Of a stretch of 64,000 nucleotides of DNA, positions 10,500 to 22,400 are shown one piece after another (position 1 is the first letter of the stretch; every line of letters begins with the position of its first letter). Location: positions 4,573,319-4,637,318 of the forward strand of contig CM082594.2 in NCBI GenBank assembly GCA_040954595.2, written 5' to 3'. The stretch is from Balanoglossus misakiensis (Eukaryota > Animalia > Hemichordata). Below the pieces are notes generated by a model. The model was not told the origin of the DNA and did not search any database. It was given only the letters and a program-made list of their open reading frames with translations. The position numbers and the translations under genes were made by a program.

Positions 10500-13400
10500 T
10501 TGTTGTTCATTTGCAAGGTTGCCGTCATTTACCTTGAGTGTACTGGCCAGTCTATACATATGTATTGATTATTAACATGTATAATTAGTTTTTTTTTAAT
10601 TTTGTGTGCTAGAGATGACGTAGCCACTGTCTGCAAGATCTGACAGCTGACCTGGCCACTGCCGGTCGCCCAGCAATCTCATTAAAATCAGATGCAGAGT
10701 TGGTCGCCGTCTTTACCTCTGCTAATTCTTGGCTGTTCTGGAGGGAGACAGAGAACAGAACGGAACAGCCAAAACGATCACCAAAGCTAAAGACAGCGCC
10801 TAACTCTTCATCTGATATTAATCAGATTGGTCTCCCACTTGCCCATAAGAGGCATAACACTAACATGCCCGTTGGCGCCAAAACGGTCACTTAAAGGTGC
10901 GAAAATCACCGGCCTTTAAAGGTGTGACTAATCAACTGCCAGTACAGAGTACTGAACACACAAGGTCGAGAAAATTGACAAATTGATTGGCATTAGCAAC
11001 AACTGATTCCCCTTGAATTCAGCTAATTATTTTGATACCTCACGTCATGCTTTTTTCACTACTTTATAACTTCATGAAGAATTGTTACTCTCAGGAACAT
11101 GGCTGTCAAGGACGCATATATTATATATTTTATATTACTTCAGTATCGTATTTGCAAACGATAAGCATCACATTTGGGTCCCCGTGGTCGCCGGCATTTT
11201 TCTTTAAATAACTCTGTTTCCACAGACTTCCGGGGCGACCATTGGGTGTTTTGAAATAAAAAAAAACATCAGAATTTCTGCTCAACAGAACGTTTCTGAC
11301 CTGTCGTGTAGCCGAGCAGACGTGTGACGAAGCTGACCAGAAGTCCAACGACCAAGACGATGATGACTTCCAATAATGAGTACCACAAATGAGACATGCT
11401 TGCATATTGTATAAACCACTCTGGTCTGAAAAATAATTGAAGTTTATGTCATATGTCAATATTTATGTCACATGGTGGATTGTTGGGTGACTGATATATA
11501 CATATATGACAAATGTGCACGAGAAGACAAAACATCTCAACCCACATCTCAACTACATGTATATTATGCCATTGGGTTTCATAAATGTTCTCTTTTTAGT
11601 ACCACATATTTAGCTCTGTGAATTTTGTGTTTGGCGGGTCATTTATTTTTTTCATTTTTTTTCATTTATTTTTCCTGTTTACTATTGAATCGATTTGATG
11701 AACTGTGTGCAATACAGTTTCAAAGTACAAACCCTTCGCTGGGTGGAGAAGACGGGGGTGTTGGTGAATTTGCTGCAGTCAAGCCTGAAAGCGCGTCTGT
11801 GATCACAGTCGCCACGGTAGCGTTGAAGTCCGTCATGTTGGACACTGGGCAGCCGTCAACATAGGTGGGAAGCGGCGGTTCCTTGATCTTATACACGTAG
11901 GCGCCCACACTCGCTGCCGCTCCCGCCGTGATGGCACACAGCAGGCCAGAGATGGCGCCCTGCAAGGAGACAGTAATGGCGACCTGGTCTTATTCGATGG
12001 GCACGGTGATCAAGCCTCTCTGCTGCGCAGTGACCCCAATCACAGAGGGGCCGGGTCGCCGAGACTATATGCGTATACTCGTGATGGGTACTGTCCTCCG
12101 CCAAAAGGCTTACCAGATGATAATAATTTTGAGGCGGCCGCCATTTATACATGTAGTCAGGGTCGCTGTACATGTACACCGCGGCCTACATTTTGTAGAC
12201 CCGGGGCAAACAATGACCATTTCAGCTGCCCATGTTCAGGCATGGCTGGTGAACCAAATCGTCCCTACCCCGATGCTTTTAGGGGAAGAAAATAAACATG
12301 TATTCGGCAAAAATGTACTTGTATTACTCATTCCCATGCATGATTACATGATACGTGCCTTGGAGTTTGCGCATGGAAAAAATATTCCCAGGGTGAAAAC
12401 GCCGAGAACTGGTCCCAGAAGCACGCCAGATAGACTCAAAGACACTTCCATTATGGTCCCTGCTTCAGATATGAAAAACACACAGGCTATCGCTAGGAAA
12501 CCAAACAGTGTTGCTAGAAGGGAAAAAGTTATACGTGAGACATTTATATTATGTTTTTTATAATTGATGAGTAAATTGGGGAAATGATGCCATTTTATAC
12601 ACAAGCGAAACATTTCACGTTCTTCCGGGCAGGCGAGATGATCAACAAGTCATCTTAATTCAAATAATGTTATGGACACTGATGTAAGGAAATACAATAT
12701 CATTAGCAGGATTTGCTGTTTTTAAATACAGCGTGTGACGGTACCATGTCTCCAAAGTACACGTATAATACTCTTGCAGACAGATATCCGTATAGCACGA
12801 AACATTGCATAGAGTGCTTTTATGTGAAGACATCACTGAATCAATAAATATTCTCTTTGTGTTTCCATTTATCTGTTTTCAAGAACTATACTTCTAACCA
12901 ATAATATAGCAAGAAAATACTAGTATACTCACACAGAACCTTCAGAATGACAGTTGATGTTTTTTCCGATATGTTAGCACAGCAACTCCACGGTTTGATG
13001 AAATCTTCGTGGACGACGGCAGCCAGTGCATTCAGGCCAGAAGATAGAGTGCTGTGTGAACAAGTTAGCACATGATGATTACGAACAGTTTAAATTTAGG
13101 AGTGGCCAAAAGTTGAACGACTTGAAAGCCAATCTAACGTCGTTACCTTAAAGCAGCACTGAATACAGAGGCAATAAACAGCCCGCCAACGCCTGGAATA
13201 TTAGCGTAGTATTCAGCGATGAAGTATGGCAGCACCTGAACGAGGATAAGAGGCAGAAACTTTGATGAATCCGGGGAAATCTCCCTTTCTGCGGAGCGAC
13301 ATCACTCCAAGAACCATACCCAGTGGCGAATACCAGAAACAATTAACAATCAATCCGTTATTGAATGCGTCAAACACTTCACAAGAATTTGATTTCCCAC

Positions 13401-16400
13401 AAATAATATTCTCACGAGGTTATCGTGGTTATAGTGCGCGTCATTTTTTGCAGATGGTGCGCAAGCATAGATACTGTCCAGAGTGATTGCACCAAACTTT
13501 ATAACACTTGGTATACAGACACTGATTTTATTTAGACGGGGCTGAGACTAGTTACTCTGAGTGATGGTGATACAACTTAGGCTCAGTGATAATGTGTTGC
13601 ATTTTTGCACATTTTCGGTCTTTAATATCAAACCGAGCGAACATATACAGGCTCAGTGTCTATCTATCTGCTTATTAATATTACCTGATCCGATTTTGAG
13701 ATATAACCTTTGGCCAGCGGGTCACAGTGAGCGTACACGGCAAACACAACGATTCCTCCGAACAATGAAAAGAACAGCATTATTGCAGAGAGGATCACAC
13801 TGCAGTACATTGCCCTATTTTTGCGGGGTAGAAAAAGAAGGTAACATAGTAAAACAGTTACATCTGAATCGACACACTGAACCACGGGCGCTGGCCGCCA
13901 TCTTTGGACGGTCTTTTACGTGAAGAATAATGTATGAGCGGGAGTAGACTTCAATATCTGAACGACTGCACGACACGAGCTTACAACAACATCTGTGATC
14001 TTGGTATACTGAACAACTTCTCAATCACATCAACCAATCACACGCTTCATACAGTGCATGTGGTGAATGACACGTTTCGATTGGATAGTTGTCAGCCATT
14101 TTGTTTGTCAGATGGTCAGTGAGGTGCCACGTTTCCATCATTCGGAACCCAATCTTTGGCGTGCTAACACCGTGGCTGAAAGTAGTGACAACAACGACCC
14201 ATTCATTGCCCTGAGCAATTTCCGACAACCGAGTAAAAGTGAAGGTCATGACCGCGACGATATGGACCGGATTTTTCAAGATTTTGGTAGCCTCATTGAA
14301 GAAAATCGGTCATGGAAAGTGGTTTGACGAAAATCGAGGGTGCCCCATTGAGCACTGTAAGTAACAGCTTTCTGTCAATTTTTCTCGAAAGATTTAAATG
14401 TTAAGTTATTATATTGTTCAGGAATTTTCGATTGTACGCCAGCAACGTACTTCTGGTTCGACGAGAAATGGAACTTTCAGGCGAAACCGTGTGCGAGGTT
14501 GAAATGAGACCCCCAAACAAAGGTCGAGCACAGCGCATACATTATGCAGGGGAAAGATGGCCGGACCAATTACGTGCACCTGGAAGCAGTTCTTCGTGGA
14601 GGAGGCAGCATTCTTTCTAAACAAACAGTGGCTAATTTGTTTTCTTTTATGTTGTGGATGAATGTTATTATGCCGGGGTGCAGTGCAACATCTGGATACT
14701 CAGTAAATGCACTTGTGCAATGCAATATACAGACATTGCATTGTACCAGCCCTTTGACACATGCGCAGAGCTATATGGCTGGGACAATTTGTCACCATTA
14801 ATATTTGCTACATACTTACTTCATCCCCTCCCTTGAACTTGTGCAACTGTTGAACCGCTGTGCCACTTGCTGACATGCCCCAGACATGGGCAGTAGACTG
14901 AACGCAAAGCCAATGGTCGTTGACCAAAACGTGTTGCGTTTCCTTGGATCAAAGTCGAAGCTGGTTTGTATAATTGGACAGCATTAAATTAAGTGCAAGT
15001 CACGTGGTAAAAAATTCATTCAAACGTAATTCCCAGATAGGATATGTCATACATCGCTCACAAAACAAATGCTTGAAATTTATCTCAATCATTTTTTTTT
15101 CAAATGCATGTTCTATATGTGTAATATTTCAAGATTGTGCTTTGCACGTGCTTATGACCGAAAGCAATATCAATGACAAAAAGAATTCCTCGTATACTTT
15201 TACTTTTCATCATTGTGCAACAAATGTGTACACCTTCACATCGTTACAAAATATAACATTAACCAAAATTCAAAGTTTATCCTTACTCCGCATATACGAT
15301 CCTGCCGCCTTGGTCGGCGATTCTCCAAACGTTCTCGACTCCGCCAAGCAACAGACACCCTTTGACGACTATGGCTATCGTTCCAAAATACATCAGAGTG
15401 ATCTGAATGACGTCAGTCCATATCACAGCCTTCATGCCACCCTGTTGATCAGTGTCAAAGGTTGTTGTGTAGTGCAAATTAATTACAATATACAAAGCAG
15501 ACGATATATTCAATGACGAGCTTAGGTTTTTTAAATGACGAAGCTACGTATGGATGGTGAAAACTCGTTTTATTTTGCCCGTGTTGTTCGTTACTCAAAT
15601 TTAAAGGCGGGGCCCTGCACATATGCGGCATTACAGAATCTGTTTGTAAACACACCATCGACATTGTTCCCACCGTTCAAATATATGCTATATCAAAGTA
15701 ATTTGAAAATGTGCCTTGCTTCCCAGGATGTACAGTGTAGTGCAAAGAAACAACCACATTGTTTGCTGTGATGGACTTTCCAGCAGCCTAGGTTCACTTG
15801 GTAGCAACTGTGTTGTAAACCACCCGTCTGCGCAACCGCAGTCGGGACGACTCCCACCCTTTAAAGCTACCATAATGAACAACCCTCCTCTTCATAAATT
15901 GCCCCAGAAACTGGTAAGTAGCACTTACCAGCGATGTATAAAATGTACAGACTAAACCAACGGTCAGGACAGAGGCCCAAATACTGAGTCCCGTAACTGC
16001 ATTCAGAGCCAGCGAAGGTGCATAAATTACGACGGCTAGATACAGTACCTGGAAGAACGAACGAAATATTCCCCGATGAAAATTAGGCTTTCATTCAATG
16101 TACATACATGCAGTATACATGCGAGCAATTATTCATTCTTTGGATAGGTTGGAATTTAATGTACGTTGATGTTCTCTTACCTTGAACAGTATGTACAGCG
16201 CCGTAGAAATGAGACGAATTGATCGGCAAAATCGTAACTCCATGTACTGCGAAAAAAATCAGTTGTAGATGCTGTCAGTGATGATATTAATGTATTTCCA
16301 TTTGGAATAGTTTCACACACAATCTAAAACTGAACTGTCCAAATCAATTGCAAATATACTTAATGCAGATTCTACGTGTATCTTGCAAATTATTGTACAC

Positions 16401-16899
16401 CTTGGCAGATTTGGTAGTGTCAGACAAGTGCACTCTACTAAAAGGACCCGGATTGCAGGAGACCTCAATTGTTTTAACCACTCCCTAAATCGACTGGCCA
16501 TCCCTGAAATCTTTACGTCACTTTATAAAGCTAGCGCTGAAAATTACTCACCTCATATATGCTAGTTATGCCTAAACTGTAGAACACCGGAAGGTAGAAG
16601 TGGGCCGCTAAAATTGTCAATAGGGAAAACCCAACAATTGTCCACGCAAATTCACTTGAGTAGAAGTACACCTCAGCCCCGGACCCTAGTGTCCCGATCG
16701 AAGAAAATGCGCTGGCTGTGATAGACGCGGCAACGGGCAGATAGTGCATTCTCCGATTTGCCAACAGATACTCTTCGGCTGTGCTCTGCTTGTTGCCCGT
16801 GCATCCATGGTAAATGCCCACGCTTGCGCACAGCAAGAGGACAGCGGCTAGAATGACGTAATCGATCGCAGAAATTGCGTGTTGAACTGCCACGTCCAT
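8626..16899 (-). CDS. Sodium:solute symporter, SLC5A5/6/8/12 (NIS/SMVT/SMCT) subfamily, paralog A, ~632 aa, 13 coding exons
   Basis: Exons 16899-16552, 16246-16181, 16048-15929, 15441-15287, 14960-14820, 13814-13685, 13235-13147, 13051-12933, 12513-12359, 11959-11733, 11425-11301, 9546-9440, 8742-8626. Total 1,899 nt with an open frame and consistent phases. Motifs: [71 protein letters not shown]. Intron 9 is GC-AG. Confidence 0.92.
8972..9260. repeat. Compound pentanucleotide microsatellite (GTGTT)n/(GGTAT)n/(GTACT)-like
   Basis: Visible directly; lies in the last intron of SLC5 paralog A. Confidence 0.96.
9573..10386. mobile_element. Non-autonomous PIF/Harbinger-type DNA transposon (MITE), 814 bp
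   Basis: ~41-bp TIRs GGGAGCATTCGTTTTTTACAGGGAGGGGGGGGCCGGTGGAA / TTCCACCGGCCCCCCCCTCCCTGTAAAAAACGAATGCTCCC. 3-bp TSD TTA (9570-9572, 10387-10389). Paralog B has the empty site ('atTTAagtac', ~20151-20160). Confidence 0.88.
10455..10500. repeat. (TG)n/(TGTC)n microsatellite
   Basis: Visible directly. Confidence 0.85.
10674..10829. mobile_element. Mutator-like MITE, older copy of the family at 63710-63893
   Basis: TIRs CAATCTCATTAAAATCAGATGCAGAGTT / AACTCTTCATCTGATATTAATCAGATTG. Degenerate 9-bp TSD GTCGCCCAG / GTCTCCCAC. Confidence 0.72.
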
Positions 16900-17459
16900 C
16901 GTTCTGTCAGAGGGGAAATGATAACATGAGTGCCATGGACAAGGCAATTTTGTGACGAGATCCAATGCCGGCCGCCGTCCATGCAGAGTCATTGCTGAGA
17001 CATGCCTAACGGATTCTTTCACAAAGCTCAGCTTGCGAAATCACAGTTCCGTACCGCCGGATATATGAAAACAATATAAGTACATGTATTCTAATTTCTG
17101 TAATTAATCGTTCTTTTGACTATCTAGACAAAACATTGTATCCTAAAACGATTGACGGCCTGTGGAAAACACAAACTTATAAATGTATGGTTTACGAGGT
17201 TCGCATCGGCAAAAAATATTTTCATCCAAACTGTTGATGAGGGGGGGGGGGCTTTAAAACTGTGTTGTCACATACCTACCACGCAGCCTCATTTATGCAA
17301 AATCAACGCTAAAAATAGTTTCGGTCAGAGCTCGACGGCCCTTTTGTTACTTCTTGCAACCAAGCGACTCTTTACCTGTCCGTTTCGCTTGACCCTCGTA
17401 AAGGCCGGCCACGGTCACGGTGCCTTGGCACCGAGGTATTTTCTTGGAAGGAACGGTGC

Positions 17460-18495
17460 CTAGTTTTCAGAAAAACCTCTAGTCCTTGAAGTCGCCCCAC
17501 TTACTATTGTGTTGTTGTTTTTAAAACCATTCCGAAAAACATGCGGAGTCGCGTACCCTGTTACATTCGGGGGAAGGTCGACACCTCATTACATGTATAA
17601 GCAAAGGCCACGTGATGACCACGTGATTGTAAAGCATTGTATAGCAATCGGTCGAGTTGTTCAGTAGAAATTAACCGAACTGGCTCCCGTATTAAAATTT
17701 ACATAAAACCCAAAATACGGGCAATTGTCTTCTTGCGGTGGTTGATCATAAAATTCAGCAGACCTGCACAGAACATTTTAAATTACAAATGTATGTCCTA
17801 TTTTCTTAGCAATTTTTAGATACTGCGCAAAATTTGCAAACTATTCTTAGACATACAAACCACACCCACCAGAATGGAATGAAATCTAGGTTTTCCAATG
17901 GCAATGGTATAAACAAAAGTTGCGTGACATTTGGCTCTGCGGTTTTCTAGTATCCGTGGAACGAATACAGAAGATTACAGTTAGACTGGTAGACATACAT
18001 GTAAGGGAAAGAGAAAGAGAGAGTACTTCGAACTCCAATTGAACAATCTGCTATCGCCAAACAGCGTTGTATACATTCCAACAAAATTTAATCCAGTAGT
18101 ATCGACCGAAACTTTCGTTCTGTGCACTGAAACACAGCTCCACAGACACCAAACTCTGTCAAGCGTGTTAAAAAACAGGACCCTGGACCTAACCAGGGCT
18201 CGTTTCGAACTCACCAAAGTTAACCTGACCACTGTCTTCCAAGTTGGGTCCGAAGAAAAGTTCTCAAACCGCGTTAAATGCCGACACAAATCTCCCTATG
18301 AGACTGCTGGAAGGAAGTCGTTTTGAATGTGACAGTTTTCAACCGAGCCAATATGGCGATACTAAGTTATTTTCGCCCTGCCCTTCGAGTAGTGCCGCTA
18401 TTTCGAGTATGTTAAAATTAGGTTGATCACCTGTCTCTCAGAAAATACGGCATCTGACCTCTAAACGAAAGTCACGATGACCTGAGGTCAGCACG
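17460..18495 (-). promoter_or_regulatory. Upstream/5' UTR region of SLC5 paralog A, homologous to 25140-25890 of paralog B
   Basis: Shared blocks ('agtccttgaagtcgcc', 'aagcgtgttaaaaaaca', 'gtcttccaagtt..ccgaagaaaagtt'). Conserved minus-strand donor GTGAGTT at 18214 and 25620. Acceptor CAG|AACGATG just before each ATG. TGACCT/AGGTCA half-sites at 18455-18490. Confidence 0.55.
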
Positions 18496-19455
18496 GGCCA
18501 GCATGTAATTCAAGATGCGTTTGGACAGAGGCCAAAAGTGGCATCCATCATCGACTGTGGGAGGGGTTCGGCCAAAACAGACCAAAAGGGTCGGTGCGAC
18601 TGATCACAAATTAATTACACTCCTGTACATTATAACATATACCCTAGGAGATAGATGCCTTGGTCGACACATAGACAGATGATTTGGCTGCATAATGATT
18701 GATGGGTTGGTTGGTGGGTTGGTTGGTTGACAGTGTTTAGTTGGCTGGTAATCGTGTAGAGTCCCCCTTTTGATGGTCATTAGAATTCCCCCGGACAATC
18801 TAATGTTTTTGTTTTCAATTATAATATATCAGTAATCTTGCCGTCAGATGTAATATTATGGATTTCCAATATTCACTGTTTGACATCATTCTTCTTTCAT
18901 GCGGGACATTTGGCTCTTTCTCCAATGGTACTGTTAATAACACACCACCGCTCGCCAAGTGTTGTTTACTCAGACGCTGCCTGTTTGGTCGACCTTTTCT
19001 ACAACGCTATATAGCCCGGCCCATCCGTGCGGATCGGAGGATGTCTATGACCACTGTACTGAAACATTATTAGAATTCTCTCCACACTCTGTGTACGCTA
19101 CTGATGACACGATTTTTGTTATGTACCAGACATTGTGTCATTCAGCATTTATACAAACATGTGTATTTTAAAAAGGTCAACGGACATTTTAATATGTTCT
19201 CCAAAGTTATGTTATCGGCTACATTGCTCATAGGAATTACACTCTCGATAGCAAAGGGTATACATATATTCAAATGTAATGAAAAATGGCCGTACCGATT
19301 AATTCGTAGCGTAGTATTGATATTTACTGATTTACATATGTAAGGTCTTGAAGCTTGACAATATAGAAATAGCTAAATGGTCTCTTGTGCGTGCCAGTGT
19401 CGACCAATAGTTTTTACATTTCCGTTCTACACTTTCGATTAATGATTTAATAAAA

Positions 19456-22400
19456 TTATACCATGTCTTCTCCAGGCGCCAAACTCTTATTTAATTCCGT
19501 GTAGTCACCTTGTTGCCTGTTGAGTTTCCGATTTTTTAGCTCAACGCTATCCTGTTCACGATCTTCATTCGAGATACATGCAGCGTCTTTGTCTTCATAG
19601 CTACACGTGGAATATTCAGCCATCTTGACATCCTGAAAGATTTAATATGAACGATTTGGTTAACAATGTGCATATTCTTTCTGAAAGGTTCATACTTTAA
19701 TATCAAACCCTTTCTAATATGAATTAAAACTTCAGATGTAACAACTATTTGTACTGTGTGTAGAGATAGTCCTGAGAAGTTTATACACAATTATTTCTTT
19801 CAACATACAGTGAATTCCCCAAGGTCTTTACACTGGATGGTAATATTGATATATTATATGGTATTGTTGTGTTGTATTGTAATGTAATGCATTGTTAAGC
19901 GCTGCAACATATGTACTTCTGTATATACACACAAACTTGCACTCGTCACACGCGTCTGACCGCGTTTATCGCATGTCCCAATGTATTCATAAATCAGAGA
20001 AGAAAAATATTACAAGTTCTCACTTCCGCTTCCTGTAATGGCGGAGCGCACCATCTGGGCAGACGTTGGCAGCATTGACTGTAATATGGAGAAATCACCC
20101 GGATGTTTATATCCTGTGGTTTGGTGCATCCTGTTGGCCAAACAAAAACAATTTAAGTACTACAAGAAAACTGTGCGTTTATGTCGACAAAACATATACA
20201 TTTTTTATATCTTAAATCTAGAATTTGGTGCGACAGAAAATTTCTGACCTGTCATGTGGCCGAGCAGACGTGTGACGAAGCTGACCAGAAGTCAAACGAC
20301 CAAGACGATGATGACTTCCAATAATGAGTACCACATATAAGATATGCTCGCCAACTGTACGAACCACTCTGGTCTGAAAAAAACCGACAGTGATGTCACG
20401 TGATGGTGGATTGTTGGGTACAAGCATTATACGCTTCAGGTAAAGTTCGTTAACTTTTCTTTTGAAGCTGTTTTGTATAGTGTCTACTTGTTTTCAGTGA
20501 ACAGTTCTGTCAGTGATGTGCGTATACCATAGCACAAATCGTATAATTCAAAGCACGTGTCTTATCCAATGAAAATGTGTCATACAAACAATGTACTAGA
20601 ATTCGCTAATTTTTGTTCCTTCGACTGGGGAAGTACGGGTGACGCAATGGCCGTGTTTTGAACTTGTTTTGTTTCTCTACTGGATTTAACCTTGACTTTG
20701 AGAGACATCGATTTGATGAACTGTGTGAAAAAAAACAATATCAAAGTACAAACCCTTCGCTGGATGGAAAAGATGGCGCCGCTGTTGAATTTGCTGTTGT
20801 CGAGCCTATAAGTGCGTACGTAATTGCAGTTGCCATGGTAGCGTTAAAGTCCGTCATGTTGGACACTGGGCAGCCGTCAACATAGGTTGGAAGCGGCGGT
20901 TCCTTAGTCTTATATATGAAGGAGCCAACACTCACTGCCGCACCCACACTAATGGCACACAGCAGGCCAGAGATGGCGCCCTGCAGGAGACACTAATGGC
21001 GACCTGGTCTTATTCGATGTACCGGGTCTGAGGGTCGCTGTCACGTAGACACAATATGTGCCGACAACAATGAATATGTTACAGTTAGCTGCCCATGTAC
21101 AAGCATGGAGGGCGAGCCAAATCGTCCCAACCCCTATGCTTTGGGGGAAGAAAACAAACAACCCAATATTGCTGATACGCACACAGCCCACAGCAGATAG
21201 CTGGCATTTTCAAAATCATTCCTATACATGATTACACGATACGTGCCTTGGAGTTTGCGCATGGGAAAAACAGTCCCAGGGTGAAAACGCCGAGGACCGG
21301 TCCCAGAAGAACGCCAGATATACTAAAAGTCAGTTGTACCAAGGTCCCCGCTTCAGATATGAAGAACACAAAGACTATAGCCAGGAAGCCGAACATTGTC
21401 GCTGGAAGACGAAAGTTGTAAAGAGACAAATATAATTTCGTGTGTGAATAATTATATTTTTTTAATCATGAGCCAGTGGGGGAAAGGATACGATGTTGAC
21501 CCACATATTGCAAAAGCAAACATAACATGCCGCTATGTCGCGAAATTACTGTATCGATATATACTCTTTTTCGTATTACCATTTTTCAAGAATTAGTCAG
21601 TGCCAATACTAATACACTAGTACTCACACAGTGCCTTCAGAATGGCAGTTGATGTTTTTTCCGATATGTTAGCGCAGTAACTCCACGGTTTGATGAAATC
21701 TTCGTGGACGACGGCAGCCAGTGCATTCAGGCCAGAAGATAGGGTGCTGGGATATGTGAACAAGTTAACATGATTACGAACAGTTTAGGAGTGGCCAAAA
21801 GTTGAACGACTTGAAAGCAAATCTGACGTCATTACCTTAAAGCAGCACTGAATATAGAGGCAATGAACAGTCCACCAATGCCTGGAATATCACCGTAGTA
21901 TTCAGCGATGAAGTATGGCAGCACCTGAACGAGAATAAGAGGCAGAAAAATCTGGTGAAAAAATCTCGCTTCCTACGGAGCCAAATTACTACAAAAACCA
22001 TATCCAGTGGCCAACCTATTATTGAATGCGTCAAACACTTCAAAAGAATGAATTATAATAATTCAGAATTTAGATCGCTGTCTCTGTGTTCAGATCAAAT
22101 TTTTGTCACGTGATAATGGACAGCACATAAGCAGTACTTGCATATTTACACAGAATTAGTGCACAAATTAAACTTCATTAAACTTCAACAGGTAGACCGT
22201 TTAATAGAGAACAGTTTCTCTGTGACAGTTTATCACTCTTTTGCACATTTTCGGTCTTTAATATCAACCCGTGCGAACAGTGCATATCTGCATATTAATA
22301 TTACTTGATCCGATTTTGAGATATACCCTTTGGCCAACGGGTCGCAGTGAGCGTAAACAGCAAACACAACGATTCCTCCAAACATTGAAAGACTCAGTAA

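Noticed and set aside
12222-12275. TGA (A) aligned to TGT-Cys (B) in another frame of the conserved intronic block, suggesting selenocysteine
   Set aside because: That frame is incompatible with the exon 9 phase, has no SLC5 homology, and I see no SECIS; best explained as chance.
11928-12563. 211-aa plus-strand ORF
   Set aside because: Antisense to SLC5-A exons 9-10; no recognisable domain and not preserved as an ORF in paralog B.
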